Positions 28,861 to 39,020 are shown, counted from the stretch's first letter. The stretch is 64,000 bases of DNA from a virus (IMGVR_UViG_3300047510_003392:9234-73233); one strand, 5' to 3'. Notes: generated from the letters alone by a model not told the origin. Made by a program: numbers and translations.

Positions 28861-29547
28861 TTACCAAACAAGCGTTACCATTCCTGCACCGCCGGTTCCC
28901 TCGGTTTTGACAGGAGTACTGCTTTCTCCGGAGTATCCGCCGCCACCACCGCCGCCTGGCAAATCGCCATCGGTTGCGGTAATGAGCCTTGAACATGGGC
29001 CAGCATCGTAATATGCGGCATTTCCGCCGTTACCTCCACCCGCTGCTGCACCAGATGCACCAAGAGACCCGGTCAGAGAGTGACCAAATTGGGAGAAAGA
29101 TGCACCCGTATCAAGTCCATCTCCTGCGGAGATTCCATTTCCTAGTCCGCCAGCCGCCGATCCGCCACCAGCAGCGCCATAATTTCCATACGCACCCAAG
29201 AACGTTCCTCCGGTTCCTCCTGTGTATTTTGTACTTCCGGTGTTAAATGCCGTTTGACCGGTAATTGTTCCATCGGATCTTCCACCAGCAGCTTGAAGAA
29301 CGATTACGCTGGCAGATATAAAATTTGATACTCCTCCGTTGCCAAGACCATCCGCATTGGGTTGGCCTATGTTTATGGTGTATGACCCAGATTCGACGCT
29401 GAACGACTTTACGGCATAAGAGGCACCAGATCCTCCAGTACCATTAGGATTTCCATTTCCACCGGCTCCCCAGCAGGAAGCAGTGATATTTCTCAGAGAT
29501 TCCGTAACGGCTAATATTCCGGACGTGTAGTATGTTGTTGTAGGCAT
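28861..29547 (-). CDS. Glycine-rich virion-associated protein
   Basis: WGAGG.G, PGGGGGG, G.GGAG.V glycine-rich domain typical of tail proteins. Confidence 0.65.
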   Translation of the reverse strand: MPTTTYYTSGILAVTESLRNITASCWGAGGNGNPNGTGGSGASYAVKSFSVESGSYTINIGQPNADGLGNGGVSNFISASVIVLQAAGGRSDGTITGQTAFNTGSTKYTGGTGGTFLGAYGNYGAAGGGSAAGGLGNGISAGDGLDTGASFSQFGHSLTGSLGASGAAAGGGNGGNAAYYDAGPCSRLITATDGDLPGGGGGGGYSGESSTPVKTEGTGGAGMVTLVW

Positions 29548-29622
29548 AATTTATAATATGATTATTGTTCAGTTATAATTATAATATATTTTCAATAAAA
29601 CTTAACTTTTATCATATATAAG

Positions 29623-29654
29623 AAAAATCCCACCGCAGGGTGGGATTTTATTTT
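29623..29654 (-). terminator. Intrinsic terminator
   Basis: AAAATCCCACC-GCAG-GGTGGGATTTT. Confidence 0.75.
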
Positions 29655-30075
29655 ATACATCAGTTGGTGATGGAGTAGGAGTTGGTGTAGGAGATAATGG
29701 ATCAAATGTAGGTTCTGGAGTTGGTGTAGGTGTTGCCCAAGGAGGTGGCAAATATGCAATTGGAGGATTTATTAAGTTATCAATTTGTTGATCTATCGAC
29801 GAGCGCATTGATGCAAGTTTTTCTGCACCCAGAGATTCTTCCACCCATTCCTGAACAATAGCTTCTGTAAGTTGTTCGTATGGTATAAATGGACGACTGC
29901 CAGAAACAAATGGAGATATTGTTTGTGCTCCAAACATTTGATAGCTATGACTTCCAGAGTCAGGACTGCAATTTCCGGTATAATACCAGTGTACTATATA
30001 TACCACATTTTCTAAACCCTCTTGATGTGTATATGTTTGTAATGTAGGAAATGTCCAAGTATATGTATTTGCCAT
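29653..30075 (-). CDS. Tail-fibre-associated protein with Pro/Thr tail
   Basis: YTWT...NVVYIVHW...FIPYEQLTE..V.EWV...PPW pattern common beside tail fibres. Confidence 0.6.
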   Translation of the reverse strand: MANTYTWTFPTLQTYTHQEGLENVVYIVHWYYTGNCSPDSGSHSYQMFGAQTISPFVSGSRPFIPYEQLTEAIVQEWVEESLGAEKLASMRSSIDQQIDNLINPPIAYLPPPWATPTPTPEPTFDPLSPTPTPTPSPTDV

Positions 30076-30083
30076 AATGTTAT

Positions 30084-33000
30084 TTAAAATAAATATGTTG
30101 TTCCAGAAGTTCTATTATTACCAACAAACGGTATAGGATATGATGAAGCACTGGGGTTATAATTTGTATATATGTCAATTGATTCTATTACTGCGCCTGC
30201 TCGTGGGAATCCTCCAGTTTGACTGCTGTATTGATTGGTCAAATTTACTTGTGCTCGCACAATACTTCCAGATCGTATATTCTCGCCGTGTATCCACGCT
30301 GTTCCTGTACCATAGCCTGCTACTTTTATTTGACCTTGTGTAATTGAGCCAGAATAAAAAGATATTGCCTCTATACTTGCAGTTATTAATGAACTTTGGC
30401 CATTTATTCTTTCACCAACAACAAAATTAGTGGTCATGTTTTGGAATTCTACCCAGTATCCATTTGGTTGTATTCTTACCTCAAAATCAAATTCAGTTGG
30501 CAACACTTCGGCGGAAAGATTTGCTGCGGTTAGTGCCTTAAAAGTACCTCCATTGATACTATAATCTACATCAAGTGAAGCTGGCTTTGTAAGTCTGAAC
30601 TGTTCAGTTTGATTTCCTGTGAGAAGATGATAATATCTTGGTTCTTGTGCTCTAAACCCTGTTATATTTCTACATTTCCAAGGTAGTTTAAACGATGCAG
30701 AACCAAATAGTCCCGCCGTTCTTAGCCGCCCGTCTCCAGTAAATCCAAATGAACCAGAAGTAATAGTTTTTAAATCCGTTGTTTTTTCTGTACCATTGAA
30801 TCGTAAAGCAAGCAGTCCGTTTCCATTGCCTTGATTAAGCTCAAACCAATTAGTGTCTGCGACTTGTGTCCAAAATCTTGCGACTCCTAATCCTTGACCG
30901 ACAGAAGCTCCTGATACAATAGAAAAATTATATGGATCATATCCACCGTCAACATTTCTAACTATCCAATTGGACAAGCCAAAACTGTTTCCTGCTCCTT
31001 GAAATCCTCTTGTATAAAGACCGCCGTGTCTAACATTTTGATAATATATATTTTTATTATCGTTGCTTCCTACCGCAGGTGTTGGTTGATTTTGATTTAT
31101 AGAGCCAAGCCAGCCTTCTATCATAGGCACGGCGTCCAAGTTATCTATGACTAAACCGTCCGTGGTGCTACCTACACTAAATGTTCTCATGCAGTTTTTC
31201 CACTGCCCATTAGTTTTTACATTTGTTATTACAACATTTTTAATCGTACCAGTGTTCAGTCCTCCATAAAATCTTTGTGCATCATTTTCTGATGCTGGAT
31301 ATATATGGTCATATGGATGATGCTCATAGTTTTTTATTACACAGTTTGTGAATACTGAAAAAGTTGGAGCACGAGTACCGTTGCTATATATTCCCCACGA
31401 CATCATATTTTCAAACGTAGGTTCAAACGCAGCAGATTGTGTAGATACATGCAGAGCTTTGAATGGATTGTGTTGATTTTGAGCCCAGTAAGCAAATGTA
31501 GAATAGAATGTTCCAATTGCCATGTTTGGCCATTGCCATTCAACATATGGTCGCAATATACTGCCCGTAAGCGGCGCAGTTGCTCCTGTATTTATAATGG
31601 TTCTTGCCAAAGAGCCGCTATCCAAGTTTGCTCCATTTGTAAATATTATACTAGATGATGGAAATACATCTGCTCTACCACTTACATTACCTATACTACA
31701 CGTTAAATACGATACTCCCGCCGGTAATGTAACCGACGCTGTGCATAGCGTCCAACTGCCACCAAGATTATAACTTGATGAAATTATAGTTGAACCATAT
31801 TGTACAGCAACTTCCACAGATCCCGTTGTTAGCATATTACACAATAGTGTACACAAGGTATATGTGCTATTAGGCAACAACCCAGATACCGTTTGAGATA
31901 CTCTAGCATTAGACCCAGTAGAATTTAATCTGTCAACTGTTAGATTAGTATTATCTATGATTGAATATGGATATGTAACATCCGACGCCACATTTACCGC
32001 ATTTTTTGTCCACGTTGCATCGCTGAAAGTAGTTCCCCATCTTAAAAACTGATATAGCGAATGTGTAAATTTTGGTATTGCTTCATGTATAGGAGAATCT
32101 TCAAACGTACCATTCTGATAATGTCTGCGATATATATAATAGTACGGCGTGTTGTTGACTACAGATCTATCTTCCCACGATTGTGATACAAACGGGAAGG
32201 TGCCAATACTGTTTCCAGCACTTGGTGTAAATACTGAACTTGTACTTTTAAATATTTGAGAAGGAAATGTGGCGTTGTTTCCCGCTACTCCGACATTATC
32301 GTTTGTCCAAACTATCCACACCGACGCACTACTAGGCTCAAATCTAAGTCTTGCTGGAAAACTTTGGCTAACTGGCATGAATGGTACAATATTGAATACA
32401 TTTTCACTTTCTACTCCCATCAAGTAGTTATTATCTTTATATGTCTTTGCCTTGAAATAATATTTTTGACCAAGCTGCCAATTATTTCCATAATGGTCGC
32501 TTCTAAATCTTTGTACCGGGTCTGATGTAAATCTAAAAGCATTTGCTCTGTTCCAATAACCAGATGAATGTGAAAATACAAGTCCATCTATAGTACAATC
32601 CGAAAAATTTTCCCAAACTGAAGAAGCTCCATAAATTTTTATATTCTTTAGTGTAGTATTGTTGAAATATCTCCAATAAGTTTCGTATGTGAGTTGATGA
32701 ATAGGAAATATTTGCTGAAATTTTAGGTCTTGTATATAGCAGTTTTTGAAAGCATCAAAAGATTGTCCATAAGTCGAGCCACCATATCGGTAATGGTTAT
32801 ATGCCGTAACAATGAATATATTTTTAAAAACAGAATTAATTTGACTTCCCATGAATGGACTACCGTCCGGATTTCTTCTGTCTGTATTGACATCCATGTA
32901 TTTATTTGGCACACCAGTACCTGGAATATAAAAGTGTGCCATCGGAATTGTTCTGATGAAATTTATTACTGACGCATTTCTGTTTTCCGAAAATGTATTG

Positions 33001-33827
33001 AACGTATAGGTTCCTTGTGCAACATTCAGTACATCCAAATTTCTCGCCTGCACACAGCTAAAATATGGATAACTAATCAAACAATTTCTCATTACTACGC
33101 AGCCTTTTTCGTCTGTATTGATACCACTCATATTAATACGATCCGTCCATCTTGCTTCGGAATAATCCGTTATTACTATGTTTGGTATAAATACTTTACA
33201 TCCATTCGGTACTGCTGCTCCTCCACTCGCTATGCTGCCTCCAAAATATACTTGGTTGGTAAAATAGTCTGCAAATGTAGAACCAGTATGTATTGTATTT
33301 TCATCGGTACAACCCTGCTTAAAAAAATAACCTCTGTCGTCGTTAGCGGTATATTGTATAAGATCTGGGTATGGTCCCCAAGAAAATCCATTTGGTCTTA
33401 CTGTTACATTTGCCCACAAATTAAATCTATCTTCTGGCAATGAAGCCGTGGCAGAGCCTGGACTTTTTTCTATAAATAATCCTGGTATATAATCTGTACA
33501 CCACGCCGTAAACGTTTGACCCGGCTGACCATTCCCAGTTCCTAAACTAATAAGCTCGCCTTCTACTCGCAATGTTCCACCGTCGTCAATATTGATCAAT
33601 GAGGCATTTGTATTTAATGCACCTCTGCCCAATCCAACTCTTATACCAGAACCAGTACTTTCATTTTTTATGAGTAGTGTTCCCTGTATCACATTCATGT
33701 TTAACCACCATTTTGTTTGGGTAGTGTTTATGGTTGCCACTGCACCGTTGTATATATCCAAGGTGTCGTTATTTGCCCAAGGAAGAGTATCTAAGTTTAG
33801 ACTCGATGTAACTAGAAATGTTGCCAT
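30084..33827 (-). CDS. Large virion structural/tail-spike-like protein (beta-helix, Fn3-like and CBM-like segments)
   Basis: 1247 aa, Asn/Ser/Thr/aromatic-rich beta repeats, WEDRSVVNNTPYYY Fn3-like motif. Confidence 0.55.
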   Translation of the reverse strand: MATFLVTSSLNLDTLPWANNDTLDIYNGAVATINTTQTKWWLNMNVIQGTLLIKNESTGSGIRVGLGRGALNTNASLINIDDGGTLRVEGELISLGTGNGQPGQTFTAWCTDYIPGLFIEKSPGSATASLPEDRFNLWANVTVRPNGFSWGPYPDLIQYTANDDRGYFFKQGCTDENTIHTGSTFADYFTNQVYFGGSIASGGAAVPNGCKVFIPNIVITDYSEARWTDRINMSGINTDEKGCVVMRNCLISYPYFSCVQARNLDVLNVAQGTYTFNTFSENRNASVINFIRTIPMAHFYIPGTGVPNKYMDVNTDRRNPDGSPFMGSQINSVFKNIFIVTAYNHYRYGGSTYGQSFDAFKNCYIQDLKFQQIFPIHQLTYETYWRYFNNTTLKNIKIYGASSVWENFSDCTIDGLVFSHSSGYWNRANAFRFTSDPVQRFRSDHYGNNWQLGQKYYFKAKTYKDNNYLMGVESENVFNIVPFMPVSQSFPARLRFEPSSASVWIVWTNDNVGVAGNNATFPSQIFKSTSSVFTPSAGNSIGTFPFVSQSWEDRSVVNNTPYYYIYRRHYQNGTFEDSPIHEAIPKFTHSLYQFLRWGTTFSDATWTKNAVNVASDVTYPYSIIDNTNLTVDRLNSTGSNARVSQTVSGLLPNSTYTLCTLLCNMLTTGSVEVAVQYGSTIISSSYNLGGSWTLCTASVTLPAGVSYLTCSIGNVSGRADVFPSSSIIFTNGANLDSGSLARTIINTGATAPLTGSILRPYVEWQWPNMAIGTFYSTFAYWAQNQHNPFKALHVSTQSAAFEPTFENMMSWGIYSNGTRAPTFSVFTNCVIKNYEHHPYDHIYPASENDAQRFYGGLNTGTIKNVVITNVKTNGQWKNCMRTFSVGSTTDGLVIDNLDAVPMIEGWLGSINQNQPTPAVGSNDNKNIYYQNVRHGGLYTRGFQGAGNSFGLSNWIVRNVDGGYDPYNFSIVSGASVGQGLGVARFWTQVADTNWFELNQGNGNGLLALRFNGTEKTTDLKTITSGSFGFTGDGRLRTAGLFGSASFKLPWKCRNITGFRAQEPRYYHLLTGNQTEQFRLTKPASLDVDYSINGGTFKALTAANLSAEVLPTEFDFEVRIQPNGYWVEFQNMTTNFVVGERINGQSSLITASIEAISFYSGSITQGQIKVAGYGTGTAWIHGENIRSGSIVRAQVNLTNQYSSQTGGFPRAGAVIESIDIYTNYNPSASSYPIPFVGNNRTSGTTYLF

Positions 33828-33837
33828 ATATTTTTAT

Positions 33838-34266
33838 TTATGCATTTACATTAAGTTGTAATGTACATTTTTGTATGTTTGTGGCCGCAGTTGGCACATA
33901 AAACGAAATAATGTCATTAGCAGCAATAGAAGATGTGCTCCATGTAGTAACATCATCACTTGAAGCCTTTAATGAGCCACTAATAGTTGGATATCTGCTA
34001 GAAGAACCTGGCATAGAGTTATTTTCTGTTGGTGGATAATTGTCATATGTTGTTTTCCATATATCAATTGATATAACTCCGGTTTGGTCGGCAAACATTT
34101 TCCAAGATTTTATTACACACGCTCTTGGAACTTGAATAAATCCATAAGTTCCAGGTGCAATAGGAAACCCGCCCCCATCAAGTGATATACCAATTCCGTT
34201 CAAGCCGGGCGACATAGTATAACTTGATGTTGCTGCGTATTTGGATGCGATGGGAACTATGCTCAT
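33838..34266 (-). CDS. Virion-associated hypothetical protein
   Basis: DGGG..I..G..G...VP..C.I.SW...ADQTG.I.IDIWK pattern; start reassigned to MSIVP. Confidence 0.55.
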   Translation of the reverse strand: MSIVPIASKYAATSSYTMSPGLNGIGISLDGGGFPIAPGTYGFIQVPRACVIKSWKMFADQTGVISIDIWKTTYDNYPPTENNSMPGSSSRYPTISGSLKASSDDVTTWSTSSIAANDIISFYVPTAATNIQKCTLQLNVNA

Positions 34267-34292
34267 ATTATAGTAATAATATATATAAATAT

Positions 34293-34329
34293 AAAAAAAT
34301 AGGGCAGATTTTATCATCTGCCCTTTTTA
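34293..34329 (-). terminator. Intrinsic terminator
   Basis: AGGGCAGAT-TTTATC-ATCTGCCCT hairpin flanked by A/T tracts. Confidence 0.65.
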
Positions 34330-34344
34330 TATTTTATCTATTCA

Positions 34345-35199
34345 CTAAAACTTCCTGTTTCTGAAGCGTTTTGCTGCTTGTCCTTGAAACTTTCTTATGT
34401 CTGCTCCCGCATTTGCCTTCAAGAACTCTATGATCTTTTTCAACACTTGCATAAGCATTTTGACATCTTCTTTGGCATCGTGCCAGCCATCGATCTTTAC
34501 TCCAAGTGCTTGTCCTAACTTACCAAGACTTGAGCTATAGCTTTTGTATTTTGTTTTAGCCAGCAAGCCATCTAATACCTTCTTGGCTTCTGGGTTTGTT
34601 TCTAATGCTTGTAATGCTGGGATGAAAAAGAATCTGGATATATTCACTGTATCTAACACAGGATATTTCTTCATTGGCGGCAAACCGTGCAGTTTTCGCC
34701 TTGCTGCAATAACTTTCATATCAAATGTAGCATTGTGGGCTAATATCACAACATTCTGAAATCCATCTAAAAACTTCTCAAACTCAATCAGTGCTTCTTT
34801 TTCGTCAAGCTTTTCTGCGTTTGGCACATCATAGCCAGTCATCTTGAGTGCGTCTCTTGGATGAAGGTCTGGCTTACCATACTTCTTTTGTCTGCGTGCC
34901 ATTTCTTTATCAAGATGTTTTGCTTCAGCACTATTTGGATCATTCAATGCGTTGTTTAGTGCAGGTCCAATATTTATCTTTTTGCTAAACTCGCCGATTT
35001 CATTGAATGTTGAACCATCATATACCATAGCAGCAATATGTGTTACTTGAATATATGATGTGTTTGGTTCTAAGCCAACGGTTTCTGTGTCAAACAATAC
35101 TATTGTTTTACCGTCAAACTGCAAAAACTTTTCTAATACTTCACGTATATTAAAGGAATATAGCTTGGCTTCTTTTAGTATGTCTTTGAGTTTGATCAT
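34345..35199 (-). CDS. DEDDh 3'-5' exonuclease (DnaQ-like) with MIKLKDILKE leader
   Basis: FDTETVG, AHNATFD, LDT, WHDAKED. Confidence 0.88.
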   Translation of the reverse strand: MIKLKDILKEAKLYSFNIREVLEKFLQFDGKTIVLFDTETVGLEPNTSYIQVTHIAAMVYDGSTFNEIGEFSKKINIGPALNNALNDPNSAEAKHLDKEMARRQKKYGKPDLHPRDALKMTGYDVPNAEKLDEKEALIEFEKFLDGFQNVVILAHNATFDMKVIAARRKLHGLPPMKKYPVLDTVNISRFFFIPALQALETNPEAKKVLDGLLAKTKYKSYSSSLGKLGQALGVKIDGWHDAKEDVKMLMQVLKKIIEFLKANAGADIRKFQGQAAKRFRNRKF

Positions 35200-35220
35200 A
35201 TCTATAAATATAATGATATA

Positions 35221-35249
35221 AAAAAAGAGGGTGGATTTCTCCACCCTCT
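35221..35249 (-). terminator. Intrinsic terminator
   Basis: AGAGGGTGGA-TTTC-TCCACCCTCT followed by U6 on the minus strand. Confidence 0.8.
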
Positions 35250-35270
35250 ATGGTTTTCTTTTTTATTGGC

Positions 35271-35342
35271 TTATTTTGAGTAATCTTGATCAAAAATAAT
35301 GACCAAGCCCAAAATAGCCCAACATACAACGGCTGCTACCAT
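35271..35342 (-). CDS. 23-aa hydrophobic peptide
   Basis: MVAAVVCWAILGLVIIFDQDYSK with AGGAG RBS, 5' hairpin, own promoter-like motif and terminator. Confidence 0.55.
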   Translation of the reverse strand: MVAAVVCWAILGLVIIFDQDYSK

Positions 35343-35479
35343 GATATGTTTCTCCTATCTTAGAGCCACAGACCCTAGGGTTTGGTGGCTGTTATAACTG
35401 AGCATATAACTATATGCCCGATATTATAATAAATAGAGAAAATACATCGCCGAGAATATATTGTTGTTATAAAAAGTGC

Positions 35480-36286
35480 TTATTCTGGTGCAATAAATCC
35501 AACCTTCTCCACGATTTCTTTACCTTTTGGACTTAGTGTAAACTCTATAAACTTTGCTGCTTGAGGACTTGGTGCTGCATTTACATAATAAAATGTTGGA
35601 CGAGCATATGGATATGTTTTCTTTAGTATAGACTCCTTGGTTGGCAAAGCATTATCAATCGGCACAACTTTTATGCCGGGTGATTTGATATATGCCAATC
35701 CAACATAACCAATGGCATTTGGATTTTTACTTACTTCAGCGAGGATTTGTTCATTGCCAGCCAACTTTTGTGATGACTTTACATAATCACGCTTGTTCAT
35801 TGCCATTTCCTTGAAGTCGGAATATGTGCCAGAAGATGTATTTCTGGTATAGATTGAAATCTTACCTTGCTTTCCACCAATCATAGCCCAATCAGTTACA
35901 TCGCCTGTAAATATTTGTTCTATTTGGCGGCGAGATAGTTTGGCTATTGGATTTTTTGCATTCACGATTATAGCCATTCCATCATATGCGACGATGATTG
36001 GCTTTAGTGTGACGCCTTTTGATGCTGCGGTAGACATTTCGGTTGCCTTTGCTCTACGAGAACTCATTCCAATGTCTGCTGTGCCATCAATAATAGCAGA
36101 CAATCCAGTTGTAGAACCTTCGGCGGCAATTTCAAATGCAACATCTTTGTTGAATGTTTTGTACTCTTCAGCAAGTGTAGGCACAAGCTTTGCTCCAAGC
36201 GTATCTGATCCTTTGATAATCAGTTTCTGGGAATAGCCTATTGGGGCGATTAGCAATGCGATTAGTGATATTAGTATTTTCTTCAT
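35480..36286 (-). CDS. pstS: Phosphate ABC transporter substrate-binding protein
   Basis: Signal peptide, KGSDT, GSTTG, DIGMSSR, RNTSSGT, AIGYVG, YPYARP. Confidence 0.93.
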   Translation of the reverse strand: MKKILISLIALLIAPIGYSQKLIIKGSDTLGAKLVPTLAEEYKTFNKDVAFEIAAEGSTTGLSAIIDGTADIGMSSRRAKATEMSTAASKGVTLKPIIVAYDGMAIIVNAKNPIAKLSRRQIEQIFTGDVTDWAMIGGKQGKISIYTRNTSSGTYSDFKEMAMNKRDYVKSSQKLAGNEQILAEVSKNPNAIGYVGLAYIKSPGIKVVPIDNALPTKESILKKTYPYARPTFYYVNAAPSPQAAKFIEFTLSPKGKEIVEKVGFIAPE

Positions 36287-36292
36287 AATATA

Positions 36293-37528
36293 TTAGAACT
36301 GAATTTGTAGTTGCGAACGAACTCCGCGTGTTGTGGCTTTGGTTGTATTATTCTTTACTTCGCCAGATAATGCCCCAAGTTGGAACTTCATATCTTGACC
36401 TCTGATATACCAGTTTGCTCCAACATAATATTCATTGAAAAGGTTCATATTTGCTGAAGCTGGTGCTGAACGAACAACATCGCTTAGATTTACTCCACGG
36501 TTGTCTGTATCAAGACGCTGATATCTAAAAACAAACTCAATGGTTTCATTGAAATATACCGTAGGTTGAACAAACCAACCATATGGGCTTGCATCATTAT
36601 TTCCTGCACCTTTGTCAATATTGGCATACAGATATTCTGCCATCAGAGTATATCTTAGATATGATACGTCAAGATATAAAGAGTGTATGCTCAAATCATA
36701 TCCCTTTCCTATGTTGGATACTCCAAATCCACCTTGGTCTGGTAATATACCTATGCCATATCCAATAATAGCATTTCCATTTTCAGGCAGCTTGGCGGTA
36801 AATCCAACATTTCCCCATAATGCCTTTTTGTTGTTGCCTGCATTTCCAGATGAAGAAGCACCAGCAAATGTTTCATCTCTTTGTGGGTTTGTTATTGCCG
36901 CACTATATACAAGACCATATTTGTTTGTTAGTTCTTTTTTACCATCAACAAATACTCCTATACGATAGCTTGCTGCACCCAATCTTCTGCCATTGTTGCT
37001 TTCAACGAAATATCTTGTTACTCCAGAACGTTCTATTGAACGTAGATTGCCGCTGGTTGCTCTTTCTTCGTATGCGACATTTACTTTTCTAAGACCAAAG
37101 TTAAAAGTCAAATCTGGCGTTGGTTTATATTCTACAATAGCGTCGTCATATCCACCACTCGCAAAATCATACGTCATTGTTGCTCCCCAGCCAGCACCTA
37201 CGCCAGCCTTGAGTGTAAAATACATACGGCGTGTAAAAAACTGGTCAGTATATGCTGGCTTGGCTGCGGTATGAACATCTGTGCTTAGATTAGCATACTG
37301 AAGTTGCATTCTCATACCTACGCTCAATCTATCCGTGGATTTTCCGCCAGCGATGGCTTGTGATGGTATTGTATTATTTTCTCGCACCAAATCAGCACGT
37401 ATATCTTCTGCCTCCTGATTGGTTAGAATACCTTTTCGTATAAGTGCTTCAATAAGAGCACCGCTGTCTTGAGCGAGAGAAGGTATGATTAGCAACGCAA
37501 ATATCAATGGATATAGAATTTTCTTCAT
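36293..37528 (-). CDS. Phosphate-selective porin (OprO/OprP family)
   Basis: Signal peptide, LIRKGILT N-terminal helix, RR.YF, SS/SG..RSIERS, C-terminal QIQF; co-transcribed with pstS. Confidence 0.8.
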   Translation of the reverse strand: MKKILYPLIFALLIIPSLAQDSGALIEALIRKGILTNQEAEDIRADLVRENNTIPSQAIAGGKSTDRLSVGMRMQLQYANLSTDVHTAAKPAYTDQFFTRRMYFTLKAGVGAGWGATMTYDFASGGYDDAIVEYKPTPDLTFNFGLRKVNVAYEERATSGNLRSIERSGVTRYFVESNNGRRLGAASYRIGVFVDGKKELTNKYGLVYSAAITNPQRDETFAGASSSGNAGNNKKALWGNVGFTAKLPENGNAIIGYGIGILPDQGGFGVSNIGKGYDLSIHSLYLDVSYLRYTLMAEYLYANIDKGAGNNDASPYGWFVQPTVYFNETIEFVFRYQRLDTDNRGVNLSDVVRSAPASANMNLFNEYYVGANWYIRGQDMKFQLGALSGEVKNNTTKATTRGVRSQLQIQF

Positions 37529-37544
37529 ACATCCATACATAGCG

Positions 37545-37584
37545 ATTATAAAAATCTGTGACTATGCTGTCACTAACTTGTAAC
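37545..37584 (-). promoter_or_regulatory. Pho-box-like triple repeat with -10 TATAAT
   Basis: CTGTGAC-N4-CTGTCAC-N4-TTGTAAC (11-bp period, 37556-37584) next to TATAAT (37545-37550), no TTGACA, upstream of porin-pstS. Confidence 0.75.
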
Positions 37585-37604
37585 ACGTTCTGAGAAAAAT
37601 ATTT

Positions 37605-38213
37605 TTATCTGACTACTAAACTTGTAGTTTCACTTTTTACAAGTCCAGCAGTATTGCGTGCTTCTACTTTATAGTTTCCTGAATCAGCAGTTGTAATATT
37701 GGCTAGTTTTAGGCTTGCATTTGTTTTGCCCGCTAAAACTACATTATTTTTATACCATACAAATCTTAATGGCCCAGTTGCAGCAGCATCAACATTTGCT
37801 TTTATAGTAATATCATCGCCAACATATGCATCTGCTTGTAGACTATATAAATCACCTTCAAGCAACCAAAAGTTTCTGCTTATTCTGGTTAGTTTCCATT
37901 GCGAACCCATTTTTCGCGTTCTAAAAGCATCATCTGATTGTAGTATAACTACGCCATTTTCACCAACAATATTTATTGTACCATCTGATAATGCTGTGCC
38001 ATATATTTCTGTACCCGTGCCAAATACATTAGTTCTTTCAAATGGCACAACAAATCTAACCGTCGAGTTATTTGGCGTTTGCATCGCAATCAAATAACCA
38101 GAATCTCTGTTTGTTATTTTATATTCAGTGTTTGTGCTTATGGTTTTTACATCCAAAGCATATGATGTAAGAGCAACTGTCAAGAATGTCAGTAGTAGAA
38201 ATATCTTTTTCAT
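37605..38213 (-). CDS. Secreted protein with C-terminal immunoglobulin domain
   Basis: Signal peptide; FVWYKN...L.L.N.TTADSGNY.V.A.N.AG I-set motif. Confidence 0.8.
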   Translation of the reverse strand: MKKIFLLLTFLTVALTSYALDVKTISTNTEYKITNRDSGYLIAMQTPNNSTVRFVVPFERTNVFGTGTEIYGTALSDGTINIVGENGVVILQSDDAFRTRKMGSQWKLTRISRNFWLLEGDLYSLQADAYVGDDITIKANVDAAATGPLRFVWYKNNVVLAGKTNASLKLANITTADSGNYKVEARNTAGLVKSETTSLVVR

Positions 38214-38331
38214 ATGCCATATAACTATAATATATATGGCATGAAAATGTTATAAACCGTTGATTAGTTTCTAATCATGCTGACTATTCACATCACTAAT
38301 ATATGGCGTGAATAATCAAACCTCAATAATT

Positions 38332-38676
38332 TTATCCGCGAATAATCTGAATCTTTACTTGATTAGGAGCAACTGGCGTAACAACAACAATAGCAAGTGT
38401 ATCACTATCAGCAGTGCCCCAGTTATTGGTTGCACGTAGCTTGTATGTGCCTGCATCTGTTAGAGCAATGGCGTTGAATACAAGATTTGCACCAGTAGCA
38501 ACTTGCACATCATTCTTGAACCACGCATAAGTGATAGGTGCAGTACCTTGTGCTTCACCAGCAAGTGTGATCTTTGTGCCAGTGTATTCTGTCGATGATG
38601 CAGGAGTTGTTTGAGCAAACAAACTCGTAACCGAAACTAACAATGCGAATATGCCTGAGAATAGTAGTTTTTTCAT
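38332..38676 (-). CDS. Secreted single immunoglobulin-domain protein
   Basis: Signal peptide; GTAPITYAWFKN...DAGTYKLRATNNWG. Confidence 0.8.
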   Translation of the reverse strand: MKKLLFSGIFALLVSVTSLFAQTTPASSTEYTGTKITLAGEAQGTAPITYAWFKNDVQVATGANLVFNAIALTDAGTYKLRATNNWGTADSDTLAIVVVTPVAPNQVKIQIIRG

Positions 38677-38754
38677 AATTTATGGATTTTATCTTTCAAC
38701 CATAAATATGTGCGTATATATGAAAAACGTATATATAAAAACTTATTGGAAAAA

Positions 38755-38916
38755 TCACCAACGATGTATTACGCCAGCAATAATAAACATATTGGTGATG
38801 ATATAAAAAAGTACAATGATGGTGCGAATAAATGCAACTTTATCTGCTTCACAATTATCTTCACTTGCTTTTTCACCAAGTGATTTTGCCCATATTCTCC
38901 AAAATGATTTTAGCAT
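38755..38916 (-). CDS. Small membrane protein of a type seen in T4-like phages (53 aa)
   Basis: Manual translation MLKSFWRIWAKSLGEKASEDNCEADKVAFIRTIIV...AGVIHRW. Confidence 0.65.
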   Translation of the reverse strand: MLKSFWRIWAKSLGEKASEDNCEADKVAFIRTIIVLFYIITNMFIIAGVIHRW

Positions 38917-38923
38917 AAATTAT

Positions 38924-39013
38924 TGGTGGGCATAGTCGGACTCGAACCGACACGGACAATTTAACGTCCAAGAGTTTTTAAGACTCTTGTGGCTCCCATT
39001 ACACCATATGCCC
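38924..39013 (-). tRNA. tRNA-Leu(TAA)
   Basis: Cloverleaf, long variable arm, CCA. Confidence 0.92.
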
Positions 39014-39020
39014 AAAAAAC

